Shown piece by piece: positions 37,004 to 45,750 of a DNA stretch of 64,000 nt (its first letter is position 1; each line of letters begins with the position of its first letter). Under the pieces are notes generated by a model. The model made no database searches and was not told the DNA's origin. It was given only the letters and a program-made list of their open reading frames with translations. Made by a program: the position numbers and the translations under genes. The stretch comes from a virus (Duplodnaviria > Heunggongvirae > Uroviricota > Caudoviricetes): IMG/VR virus record IMGVR_UViG_3300042988_000374, positions 64,001 to 128,000 of that record; one strand, given 5' to 3'.

Positions 37004-37801
37004 TTATTTCTTTGCTTTCTTCTTGGGGATACAATTAGGAACTGGTTTACCATTTTCACCATCTTTCATACCGATTTGAGTGAAGTTCTTCCAGCAGTCT
37101 TCTTTAGCAATGATGTCTTTATCGGCGGGCTTCTTACTTAGTTCAGTATCTTTCTTCTGTCCTTTTTTGAAGACATCTAAGTCGCGCTTCAAGCGTTGAG
37201 CAATCATTTCCTCTGATAGTTCACTCTCATCAACTTTATGCTTCTTGGTATCGTTGTCGAACTCTCGCTTAGTAGCCTTGACGATGCCCCGGAAGCGCTT
37301 GTTACCACGTTCGTAGTCTTTGTCCTTGTCAGCAGTGGATGCATCGGCGCCTGCTGCTTTTTTATAATCAGCTAATGTTTGAGGGCTTAGCTCATTGAGT
37401 TGACTTTCGTTAGTTTGGGGCTGCCACCAGCGGCCTTGACCAAACTCTCTGTCAGCACCTTGCTTTTGCATATCAAATGATCTGCCTGAGGTGGTATACT
37501 TTGCTTTAGCCCATTTACCGGACTTTGTTTGTTTGACGCCGTATTGAGCGGCAGTATCTTCTTGTCCAGCTGGTACATTGTAGAAATACATACCGACTAA
37601 TACTGGACGGTCAGACGGCGCTTGGTATGGGCGCTGTGGTTCTTGACTGTGGCCTTCGTCATTGGCTCCACCGTCTTGACGATACGCTTCTGAATCATGC
37701 TTGCGCATACCATAAGTTGATGCGTACTGATCTCTACCGTAGGCCGCGCGGTTACCTGGCGAGCGATAGTGACCTTCTTTGATAAATTCATATGTTTTCA
37801 T
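37004..37801 (-). CDS. Tagged modular internal head protein
   Basis: MKTYEFIKE resembles the T4 IPII/IPIII capsid-targeting MKTYQEFIAE. Modules are separated by LNE, VDE, LSE and AKE; C-terminal CWKNF..GKPVPNC module. Confidence 0.7.
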   Translation of the reverse strand: MKTYEFIKEGHYRSPGNRAAYGRDQYASTYGMRKHDSEAYRQDGGANDEGHSQEPQRPYQAPSDRPVLVGMYFYNVPAGQEDTAAQYGVKQTKSGKWAKAKYTTSGRSFDMQKQGADREFGQGRWWQPQTNESQLNELSPQTLADYKKAAGADASTADKDKDYERGNKRFRGIVKATKREFDNDTKKHKVDESELSEEMIAQRLKRDLDVFKKGQKKDTELSKKPADKDIIAKEDCWKNFTQIGMKDGENGKPVPNCIPKKKAKK

Positions 37802-37806
37802 ATATG

Positions 37807-37813
37807 TATTTAT
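37807..37813 (-). promoter_or_regulatory. T4-late-type promoter, leaderless
   Basis: ATAAATA-CATAT-ATG(37801). Confidence 0.65.
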
Positions 37814-37836
37814 GCTGAGTGTATCGTGAGATCAAG

Positions 37837-37863
37837 AAGAGCCACTTGATTAGAGTGGCTCTT
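37837..37863 (-). terminator. Rho-independent terminator
   Basis: AAGAGCCACT..AGTGGCTCTT stem downstream of the fibre gene. Confidence 0.75.
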
Positions 37864-37886
37864 GTGTGCTCTGGACTAGAAGGTGA

Positions 37887-40800
37887 TTAGACCCAAGCGC
37901 TGCCGTTAGTAGCGGCAGCAGGGAATCGTACCCAACTGTTAGTAGCAACACATACAAACAAGTTGGCGTTAGCGAATACGAATGTACCGGCAGTGCCTGT
38001 CGAGTCAGTATTTGCCGGTACAGTATTGCCGATACTAATAGTTCCCGCTAATGTAGCATTGGCAACAGTGCCAGTTACACTAGAGCCCTGAATGTTACCG
38101 ATAAAGTTCTCGGCAGTAATATTACCGCCCACGATACTGTTACTGATATTAGCGCTAGACACAGTGATATCGCCGCCAGCAACAGCTAAGCTACCCAATG
38201 TACCAACTGTAGTCAAACTAGATGTCACTACCGCTGAGTTCAGAGTTGTGCCGCCTAATGTATTAGCGTCGATTGCTACTACTGTAGTAGATGCCGTGCC
38301 GTTAGCTACAGCTTTAATAGCACCAGTACTACTGATCGTAGCACCATCAAATTGGCCGTTGCCCTGTAATGTACCAATAACGATGCCGCCGCTACCATCG
38401 CTTCGAATAGCAGTGTCGCCCAAGCGAATAGTACTGTTGCTCAACCAGATGTCTTTGAATCGATTTGTAGATGAACCGATGTCTTTAGTAACGTTACCGG
38501 ATGGCAAGATGTTGCCACCAACTGTTACGTCACCAGTGACATTTAATGTGCCAGTGATGTTAGCGCCAGTTTGAGTAATAGTTGTTACTGATGTGCTATT
38601 ACCGTCGCTAGCAGTCATAGTAATGTTGCCATTAGCAGTAACGATGACGTTACTATTGCCATTAGTTAAGTTTACTGCTGAGTTAGCATTAGCTACGATA
38701 CCAACAACGTTAATCGCAGTTAGATTAGTCAAGCCACTGCCATTGCCACTGAACACGCCGTTGGCATCAGCTAGAGTGATGTTACCAGCAGTAATGTTAC
38801 CAGTGACCGCTAGTGATGTTAAGTTACCAACACTAGTGATGTTCGGTTGAGCATTAGTTGTTAGTGCGCCAGCAACAAAGTTAGCAGATACTAAGTTAGC
38901 ACCAGTCAATTGTGAACCGGCGTTGCTCATAGTGATATTACCATTAGCAGCGATGGTCAATCCTGTTAGTGTGCCAACTGTAGTTAGATTACTTGTTACC
39001 ACTGTTGCCGCTAGAGCAGTGCCAGATAGAGCATTCGCGTCAGCGACGACTGAGTTACCAGATGCCGTGCCACCTAGTGATACACTAGTGGTGTTAGCAA
39101 CGTTACCGTCAGCAGTAGTAGCAGTAACGGTCAACGCACCATTACTAGCAACACCAAGACGAGTATTACCCAAGTGAATTGTACTAGTACTCAACCAGAT
39201 ATCTTTGAAGCGATTAGTTGAGCTACCTAAGTCATATGTGATGTTAGCTGCCGGTACAATATTGCCGATGACTGTTGTAGTGGCGCCGTTAGCATTACCA
39301 TTACTTGTAATAGAGATGATGTTAGCTAGTCCGTTTGAACTTAGATTGATGTCGCCATTTTTTGTGATTAAGATATTACTATTGCCAGCATTCAACGACA
39401 AACTTGTACCGTTACCATTGATAGTACCAACATCTAAGTTGCCACCAATTACTGTCGCGCCTGTGACGTTTGCTGTACCAGTGATATTAGCACCAGTTTG
39501 TGTAACAGTTAGTGCTGATGTGCCATTTGAAGAGTTACCATCGTATGCTTTGATAACAATGTTGCCGTCAGTAGCAATCGCAACATTAGAGTTACCGTTA
39601 GCCAAAGTGCCGACGAAGTTAGCACCAGTTACGTTACCAGTAGCGGTCACGGCATTAGCTGATAGTAATGGTGAATTCACTGCGGTGGTACCCAGGGTGC
39701 CACCAATATTGATATTTGTAGTACCAAGAGTTGAGCCAGTACCCAAATTGACGGTCTTTGTGTTACCATTAGCAGTCACACCTGTTGCGACATTTATTGT
39801 CTGATCAACTGTACTAGTAGCGGCGATGTTGATGTTAGCCGTAGCAATGATGTCGCGACCGAGTGTAATGTCATTAGTTACGTTCAGACCATTCGATACT
39901 GATAGATTGTTACTGAATGTTGCTGCCGTATTAGAGATTGCGAGTGTTGATGTGACGGTGTCACCGCCGCCACCAGTCAATGTTACGTTACCACTTGTAG
40001 CGACATTCACACTACTGTTACCAGCTACTAAGTTACCAGCAACTGCGCCGGTGATTCCTGCTGCGGTGATCGTGCCGGTGATGACTACGTTGTTAGCAAT
40101 CGTAGTTGTTGCTGTTGTACCGTTACTAGTGACAGTGATGATATTGCCATGAGCGTTAGCGCCGATTGATACTGTGTTGTTAGCAGCAGTCAGGAATAGA
40201 TTACCAGTTGAACTAACATTGCCAGCTAATGTGCCAACAACAGTAGCAGTGGTCACCGTGTCTTTAGTGATTGTTGTATTACCAGCACTATTGCCAACCA
40301 ACACTTGAGTTGTAGTATTAACATTGTTAGCAGATATATTAGCAGTTACTGCTAAATTCGCGCCAACTGTAGTATCACCCGAGATGTTTGCTGTACCGGC
40401 GATGTGGGTGTTGGTAGTGCCAAATGTAGCTACTGCCGCATTGTTCACTGATAGTACAACGCTGCTATTAGGGGCATTGGCGGTCACATCATTAAACACA
40501 ACACTGCTGTTGATAGTACTGTCAGTACCAAATAAATTGCCACGATGTGTACCAGTTACATTACCACGTAATGTTTTAACACGTAGATTACCTAGATTGG
40601 CCAGTTTATCAGTATTGATGTCATCTAGGTCGGCGGTGGCAGCATCTGCTCCAAAAAAGAAGTTTCCACTGTTACTAGTTTCAACGCCTTTAGCTACCAT
40701 AACGAATTCACCAGCAGAGTTGTCCCAGCCCATGAATGAATCTAAAGCAGCATTAGCAGTAGTATCAAAGCGATGTAGCATCAAACCTCGATCTTTACCG

Positions 40801-42179
40801 TCGTTAGTTGTTAATGGATTGCCGCCGACGTTACCGGCATTGGCATTGCCATCAGCACCAAGACCAAGCTCAATGATTGGGTCAGTAATAGATGTGCGAG
40901 TAGAATCAATATAAGTGATAGTGCCATCAACTTCTAAACTACCAGTAACTGTTAAGTCGCCGGCAATCCAGGCACTAGCAGTCACTAAACTAGCAACGTT
41001 GGCATTGCCAGCAATTAGATTACTAGTTACATTTAAGTTGCCACTACCGAATGTTACGTTGCTAGTGCCGTTACCAACAAAAAGATTACTGGTGATAGTG
41101 GCAGCATTGGCGCTCACGTTGTTAGTCACATTCACGTTATTGGCAGTCAAATTAGCAGTTACTGTAGCATTAGCGGCAACGTTCAATGTGGTAGCACCAA
41201 CTACACTAGCTGTCACGGTTGTAGGGCTGATAGTTGTATTTGCGTTGCCTGTACCGGCTACACCAACAATAACATTGCCTGGTACTGTTAAATTACCACC
41301 AGCGAAGATGTACTCACTACTACTGCCACTACCGACGCCGGTCAATAGATGGGTGTCGCCAGTCGAGGTCACTGTTGATTTTGAACTCACAACAGGCAAC
41401 TTCAAGTTACCAGCGGTGTCTAGTGTTAAATTAAATGATGCACTATTACCAGAAGATTGCAGAGACACCGCGGTATTATTAGTACTACCAGCAATAGTGA
41501 CAGAGTTAGCAACGTTACCAATAATCTTGGCAGCACCAACAGTTAATACGTTTGCCACACTAGCGATGTTAGGTTGTGTCGCAGTTGCCAATGTACCAGT
41601 AAACAAACTAGCAGATACATTACCAGCAGATACATTACCAGAGATAATAGCCGTAGTAGCGTTCACATTAGCAGCAGTCACATCGGCAGTAGCAACTAAG
41701 TTACCAGCAGTTACGTTACCACTAGCAATAACATTACTAACATTAGTATAGCCACTAACAGTCAAGGTATTACCAGATAGCGCGCCAGTAGCCGTAACGG
41801 TACTACCAGTTAGATTACCATTAATAGTAGTAGCATTCAGATTGCCTTCCAACGTCAATTGTGGCGAACCATTAGGCTGTTCGAATCTAAACTGATAACT
41901 GGCAGCAAAGTCGAGATTAGCATCGGTAAACTGAACCAAACCAGCGCTATAGCCAGCAGGCTTGTTAGTAATGGTACTGATATTTTGAGTAACGTTACTG
42001 TACTCGGTAATCGCACGTTGATTTAATACCTGCTGATTAAATTCAGTAACATACAATTCTTTGTCTGTTTGATATACTGCGATACCACCGTTAGCTGTTG
42101 CCAGAGCAATTGATTTTGCGTCTTCTGACGGTGTTCCAGCTAAGTTTACTACTGTTGAGCTATTGATTGCGTTTGCCAT
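37887..42179 (-). CDS. Long tail-fibre-like structural protein (1430 aa)
   Basis: G/N/A/T-rich GN[IV]T[AG] repeats; duplicated DxGSSTNRFKDIWLS block; C-terminal LFVCVATNSW module. Confidence 0.75.
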   Translation of the reverse strand: MANAINSSTVVNLAGTPSEDAKSIALATANGGIAVYQTDKELYVTEFNQQVLNQRAITEYSNVTQNISTITNKPAGYSAGLVQFTDANLDFAASYQFRFEQPNGSPQLTLEGNLNATTINGNLTGSTVTATGALSGNTLTVSGYTNVSNVIASGNVTAGNLVATADVTAANVNATTAIISGNVSAGNVSASLFTGTLATATQPNIASVANVLTVGAAKIIGNVANSVTIAGSTNNTAVSLQSSGNSASFNLTLDTAGNLKLPVVSSKSTVTSTGDTHLLTGVGSGSSSEYIFAGGNLTVPGNVIVGVAGTGNANTTISPTTVTASVVGATTLNVAANATVTANLTANNVNVTNNVSANAATITSNLFVGNGTSNVTFGSGNLNVTSNLIAGNANVASLVTASAWIAGDLTVTGSLEVDGTITYIDSTRTSITDPIIELGLGADGNANAGNVGGNPLTTNDGKDRGLMLHRFDTTANAALDSFMGWDNSAGEFVMVAKGVETSNSGNFFFGADAATADLDDINTDKLANLGNLRVKTLRGNVTGTHRGNLFGTDSTINSSVVFNDVTANAPNSSVVLSVNNAAVATFGTTNTHIAGTANISGDTTVGANLAVTANISANNVNTTTQVLVGNSAGNTTITKDTVTTATVVGTLAGNVSSTGNLFLTAANNTVSIGANAHGNIITVTSNGTTATTTIANNVVITGTITAAGITGAVAGNLVAGNSSVNVATSGNVTLTGGGGDTVTSTLAISNTAATFSNNLSVSNGLNVTNDITLGRDIIATANINIAATSTVDQTINVATGVTANGNTKTVNLGTGSTLGTTNINIGGTLGTTAVNSPLLSANAVTATGNVTGANFVGTLANGNSNVAIATDGNIVIKAYDGNSSNGTSALTVTQTGANITGTANVTGATVIGGNLDVGTINGNGTSLSLNAGNSNILITKNGDINLSSNGLANIISITSNGNANGATTTVIGNIVPAANITYDLGSSTNRFKDIWLSTSTIHLGNTRLGVASNGALTVTATTADGNVANTTSVSLGGTASGNSVVADANALSGTALAATVVTSNLTTVGTLTGLTIAANGNITMSNAGSQLTGANLVSANFVAGALTTNAQPNITSVGNLTSLAVTGNITAGNITLADANGVFSGNGSGLTNLTAINVVGIVANANSAVNLTNGNSNVIVTANGNITMTASDGNSTSVTTITQTGANITGTLNVTGDVTVGGNILPSGNVTKDIGSSTNRFKDIWLSNSTIRLGDTAIRSDGSGGIVIGTLQGNGQFDGATISSTGAIKAVANGTASTTVVAIDANTLGGTTLNSAVVTSSLTTVGTLGSLAVAGGDITVSSANISNSIVGGNITAENFIGNIQGSSVTGTVANATLAGTISIGNTVPANTDSTGTAGTFVFANANLFVCVATNSWVRFPAAATNGSAWV

Positions 42180-42181
42180 TT

Positions 42182-42385
42182 TTATTCCTTATTCTTTGAT
42201 TTCTTTACGCCAGCTAATGATGGGTTCTTCCAGTCACCCCAATTGCGAGGTGTATCAACCTTTGGAGCCGCTTCTGGAGACTCTTTAACACGTTTTTGGG
42301 TATCGCCAATAGGCATTGCGACGGATGCGACACAACCTGCCGTCATTTCGTCTAGTTTTTGCATTAGTTTTTTTATATCGGACAT
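42182..42385 (-). CDS. Small head-type protein
   Basis: KLDE|MTAGCVASVAMP; late promoter ATAAATA at 42410-42416 plus SD. Confidence 0.6.
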   Translation of the reverse strand: MSDIKKLMQKLDEMTAGCVASVAMPIGDTQKRVKESPEAAPKVDTPRNWGDWKNPSLAGVKKSKNKE

Positions 42386-42415
42386 TACTGGTACCTTGAT
42401 AGATACTAGTATTTA

Positions 42416-43981
42416 TCACTTCCTGAATTTACCGTCAGTCCTGCTCACTTGGGGGCGACCATCACGAGCGATATTGCCAAGGCCCAGCGCAATTGCCGAC
42501 TTTTTCATGGTATCTGGACGCACATCTACCGATAGGGCACGTTCCCATCGTGGATCAGACTTCTCCGACTCACTTGGGATGTAGCCAGAGCATTCGGCCA
42601 GTTGACTTTCATTGAACCGGCGACTAAAGCGCGTAGCAAAACTTTCACCGGGGAAGTCGATTGTCCACCCATCATAAGTGTGATTACCCTTAGCATCATC
42701 AACACACTTCAACATGATATAAGTTAAACCCTCAGAGGCTACTCCGGGCTCCGTTACAAGTTTAAGAATAACTTTTTGGGACTCATACTGGGTGTTGTAA
42801 ATTTCACCAGCAGTTGACATAAACATGGCATGGCCGTCCTTTGTATGTCGAACTTCAGCTATTTCAATTGATTCAATCAGATTGATACCAGCAAGATGAA
42901 CCGCCCTCTGCTGTACCTCTACTATGTCAACAGTCATACCAGCTTTGATCTCTGCTGCAGGTAGCCCTTCACCAAATGCAGCCTCCAGTAATTCATTAAG
43001 CGTGTTTACCTCAGCAGACTCACAAAACTCGAACTTCCTTTTCCAGATGTTTTCATACAATTCTGCGTACAATGGTCCGGACGACATCTCAAGATCCCAG
43101 CAGTGACGCAGAATCTTCTGCCCGTAATCGTGCTGTATTTGTTGGTTATTGTGGTAATCGTCGTAACTAGGCACATCACTGAAGTCAAATTCAGTTTTTT
43201 TTAGATAGCGCTCAAAACTTTCAAAGATGTCACTCACATCCGGTGACACCAGGGGTGCAGTTCCACTCTCTTCATCAATACTGAGTGATTTACCACGTAA
43301 ACGGTCTCGCTTGCGGTATAACTGGTCAACTAGTCCACTTGAACGCAAGGATTTATAAGAAATATTCTCGCTGCTGAATTCACCACCTTTTTCAAGACCA
43401 GCAGCACGATATCGCTTAACCGTATCAATCACCGAGTTAATAGCCTCGAGATTATTGCTTCGTAGAGCCAATCTAGCCACCGCCGCCAGCTTTTCAAACT
43501 TTTGAGCGACATCTGGAGTATCAATTTTAGCAGTCCGCTTTACTGGGAATTTAATCCACTTATCGTCTTTGACACTGTACTCACCAAGGCTGCGAACCAC
43601 ATCGGAGGCATCCTGAATATACAATTCTACGTCTAGACCGCGTACGGTAATCTTGTGCTGCATATTGTAAATTGTCTTTTTGCTGGTAAATAACTCTCTA
43701 TAAACATCACTGTCAGAGATAGCGCTCATGTCCACTAATAAGTGTAGGTCAATGTCACTGTGTGACGTGTAAGTATAGGCAGCATTCGAACCATAAAGTC
43801 TGACATCAACTACTTTAAGGTGACTTAATCCCATGAATTCTTCAAAGTCGGCCGCAATCTCCATCAACTGTGAACGAACGTCCGCCTGTAGTTTGGAGTC
43901 TTTAAACAAGGCCCCATTCAGTTCATCATGGAACTGGACAGCGCTGTCTAGATTGTAGGATTCAATGTCTGATATCTTCAT
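42416..43981 (-). CDS. Tagged Pol-beta-superfamily nucleotidyltransferase fused to the shared unnamed domain
   Basis: LYGSNAAY..SDIDLHL (hG[GS]..DxD) and DVELYIQD; MKISDIE start; TTAAATA-CAGT-ATG. Confidence 0.7.
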   Translation of the reverse strand: MKISDIESYNLDSAVQFHDELNGALFKDSKLQADVRSQLMEIAADFEEFMGLSHLKVVDVRLYGSNAAYTYTSHSDIDLHLLVDMSAISDSDVYRELFTSKKTIYNMQHKITVRGLDVELYIQDASDVVRSLGEYSVKDDKWIKFPVKRTAKIDTPDVAQKFEKLAAVARLALRSNNLEAINSVIDTVKRYRAAGLEKGGEFSSENISYKSLRSSGLVDQLYRKRDRLRGKSLSIDEESGTAPLVSPDVSDIFESFERYLKKTEFDFSDVPSYDDYHNNQQIQHDYGQKILRHCWDLEMSSGPLYAELYENIWKRKFEFCESAEVNTLNELLEAAFGEGLPAAEIKAGMTVDIVEVQQRAVHLAGINLIESIEIAEVRHTKDGHAMFMSTAGEIYNTQYESQKVILKLVTEPGVASEGLTYIMLKCVDDAKGNHTYDGWTIDFPGESFATRFSRRFNESQLAECSGYIPSESEKSDPRWERALSVDVRPDTMKKSAIALGLGNIARDGRPQVSRTDGKFRK

Positions 43982-43988
43982 ACTGTAT

Positions 43989-44849
43989 TTAACCCATCAC
44001 ATCCTTAACGACCCAAAAGTCTCCTGACATAGCACCATTTTGGATAACTCTGTAGTCCATATAGAAGTAACCTCGATCACCCCAGGAGGCACCCCAACTA
44101 TTCTTAACAATGAATCTTCTTGTGGCATCGTCGTATCCAACCAGACAAACAGCGTGACCACCTAGCGGTCTCTCTTTAGCTCCAGGATATGGCATTACAC
44201 CAGTCTTGGCTACCGAGGCACTCAAAAAACTAGGATAGACAAGGAAGCCTACCACAACTGGGAATCCAGCTGATAGCGCAGCTTTTACTGCGTCAAAGTT
44301 AGTGCAGCGCTCATAGCGAGTAATTTTACGTGTTAGGGCGTCGGCATAAGCGGCAGGAGTCGGTTTAACTGACCAGAAGCGTGTGTTGTATGCCCAGAGT
44401 TTTTCCTGCGGTGTCCCCCACTGGTAGCATGCCTTGATGCCATCTCTGATATAAGCACCTGCATCGATTGATACGGTGCCTTCCAGTAGTCGTTCTTGGT
44501 AATAAACAAAAAGTCTACTTAGTTCTGTAGACGCGCCTCGACGTTTTAATAAGACTTCAATCGCACTAGTGATGGCGTGACCAGTGCAGCTGCCGATGTT
44601 GCCCTGATTCTCTACCGGTGTGCAGTATGGACGTAGGTCAATAGAAGCTGGCTTTGGTGCCAGCAGCGGAACACTATAGAGATAGTCTCGGTGATCAGTT
44701 TTATCTGGTGTCCAGTTTAATGAGTAATCGTCTTCCGTGGTATCTGACTCTACCTTAACACGGATGGTCGGAAGCGTCCTAACATTAACTTGAGTTAAAG
44801 CTGGGTCTGAGTGGAGGTCGATGATTTGTTCTGGACGGATGCTCGGCAT
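43989..44849 (-). CDS. Papain-like (C1A) cysteine peptidase
   Basis: QGNIGSCTGHA, GGHAVCLVGYDD, IVKNSWG..WGDRGY; preceded by ATAAATA-CTAG-ATG. Confidence 0.92.
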   Translation of the reverse strand: MPSIRPEQIIDLHSDPALTQVNVRTLPTIRVKVESDTTEDDYSLNWTPDKTDHRDYLYSVPLLAPKPASIDLRPYCTPVENQGNIGSCTGHAITSAIEVLLKRRGASTELSRLFVYYQERLLEGTVSIDAGAYIRDGIKACYQWGTPQEKLWAYNTRFWSVKPTPAAYADALTRKITRYERCTNFDAVKAALSAGFPVVVGFLVYPSFLSASVAKTGVMPYPGAKERPLGGHAVCLVGYDDATRRFIVKNSWGASWGDRGYFYMDYRVIQNGAMSGDFWVVKDVMG

Positions 44850-44875
44850 CTAGTATTTATCGATCCAAAAAGCAA

Positions 44876-44900
44876 AAAAGAGAGCACGAAGCTCTCTTTT
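44876..44900. terminator. Rho-independent terminator
   Basis: AAAAGAGAGC-ACGAA-GCTCTCTTTT. Confidence 0.8.
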
Positions 44901-44932
44901 ATAGTCAACTATAGTCGAATATAGTCATTTGA

Positions 44933-45637
44933 CTAGACGCCAGCCTTTGTCTTATGTTTACATCTGTCACCATGCCATCTGCCATAATTTCCAGTACCAA
45001 TTCCAATAGCCCCACAATGTTCACACGTCCATTGTTGATGCGATGGGTGAGTGCCATTAGCTAGCTGTCTCTTTACTGATTGAGTAAAGACATGCGTTCC
45101 GGCGACTGATCTAGCAAGTTGATAATTTCGCTGAATACCTCCATCTAATAAATGATGTGTGCCATCATCTATTTTCGCTTGCTGAACAGATCGTTGATAT
45201 GAACCATCACCGACCCAAAGATGCTCACCGCTTTTGACTAATCGAGTTTGTGTCTCTGATTGTAATTGGCCGCCAACCCATGGATGTCTACCCTCATCGA
45301 GCAATCTTTGACTTCCTTTTTTGCCGTTTCTACTCTGAACGTCTTTGTTCTGCCAAGGGTGGGTTCCCGCCGCCAGATGTTTTGCTGCTGAAGCTTTGGC
45401 CAGCCTAGACTTCTCTTCTGGACTAATAGCCATTCGCACTGACATAACTAAGCAAGCATCGAAGTCTCCTTGACTATGATGGATATCGTAATGTTGCTGG
45501 ATTGATACTGCCATCAAATTGGATGGGTCATTGTTTGAATGGTCACCATCAATATGATGGATTTCGTATGTCCGGCCATCTTCATCTTTGGGAATAAGGC
45601 CATAGTGTTGTTCATAAATTTTTCTGTAATTTGCCAT
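44933..45637 (-). CDS. Free-standing HNH endonuclease
   Basis: EIHHIDGDHSNNDPSNL..HYDIH; repeats of the GTH[PH]W motif; C-terminal CEHC..HGDRC. Confidence 0.85.
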   Translation of the reverse strand: MANYRKIYEQHYGLIPKDEDGRTYEIHHIDGDHSNNDPSNLMAVSIQQHYDIHHSQGDFDACLVMSVRMAISPEEKSRLAKASAAKHLAAGTHPWQNKDVQSRNGKKGSQRLLDEGRHPWVGGQLQSETQTRLVKSGEHLWVGDGSYQRSVQQAKIDDGTHHLLDGGIQRNYQLARSVAGTHVFTQSVKRQLANGTHPSHQQWTCEHCGAIGIGTGNYGRWHGDRCKHKTKAGV

Positions 45638-45692
45638 ATTCCTGACGATATTCCTTAATTTCCCTGTAACTATTCATATTATACACCAAAAC

Positions 45693-45727
45693 AAAAGGGA
45701 AGTCAAATAATATTTGACTTCCCTTTT
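45693..45727. terminator. Long inverted repeat: terminator that also contains the -35 box of the HNH promoter
   Basis: AAAAGGGAAGTCAAATA/TATTTGACTTCCCTTTT; TTGACT-N17-TATAAT on the minus strand. Confidence 0.7.
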
Positions 45728-45750
45728 TACTCATTCAATTTACTTGATGA

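Noticed and set aside
38092-41751. Series of long plus-strand ORFs (160-278 aa)
   Set aside because: Antisense shadows of the low-complexity fibre gene: V/L/P/T-rich with no SD or family motifs.
37887-42179. Diversity-generating retroelement acting on the fibre (duplicated blocks)
   Set aside because: The duplicates are in-frame coding repeats without adenine-specific differences, and no reverse transcriptase is in the window.
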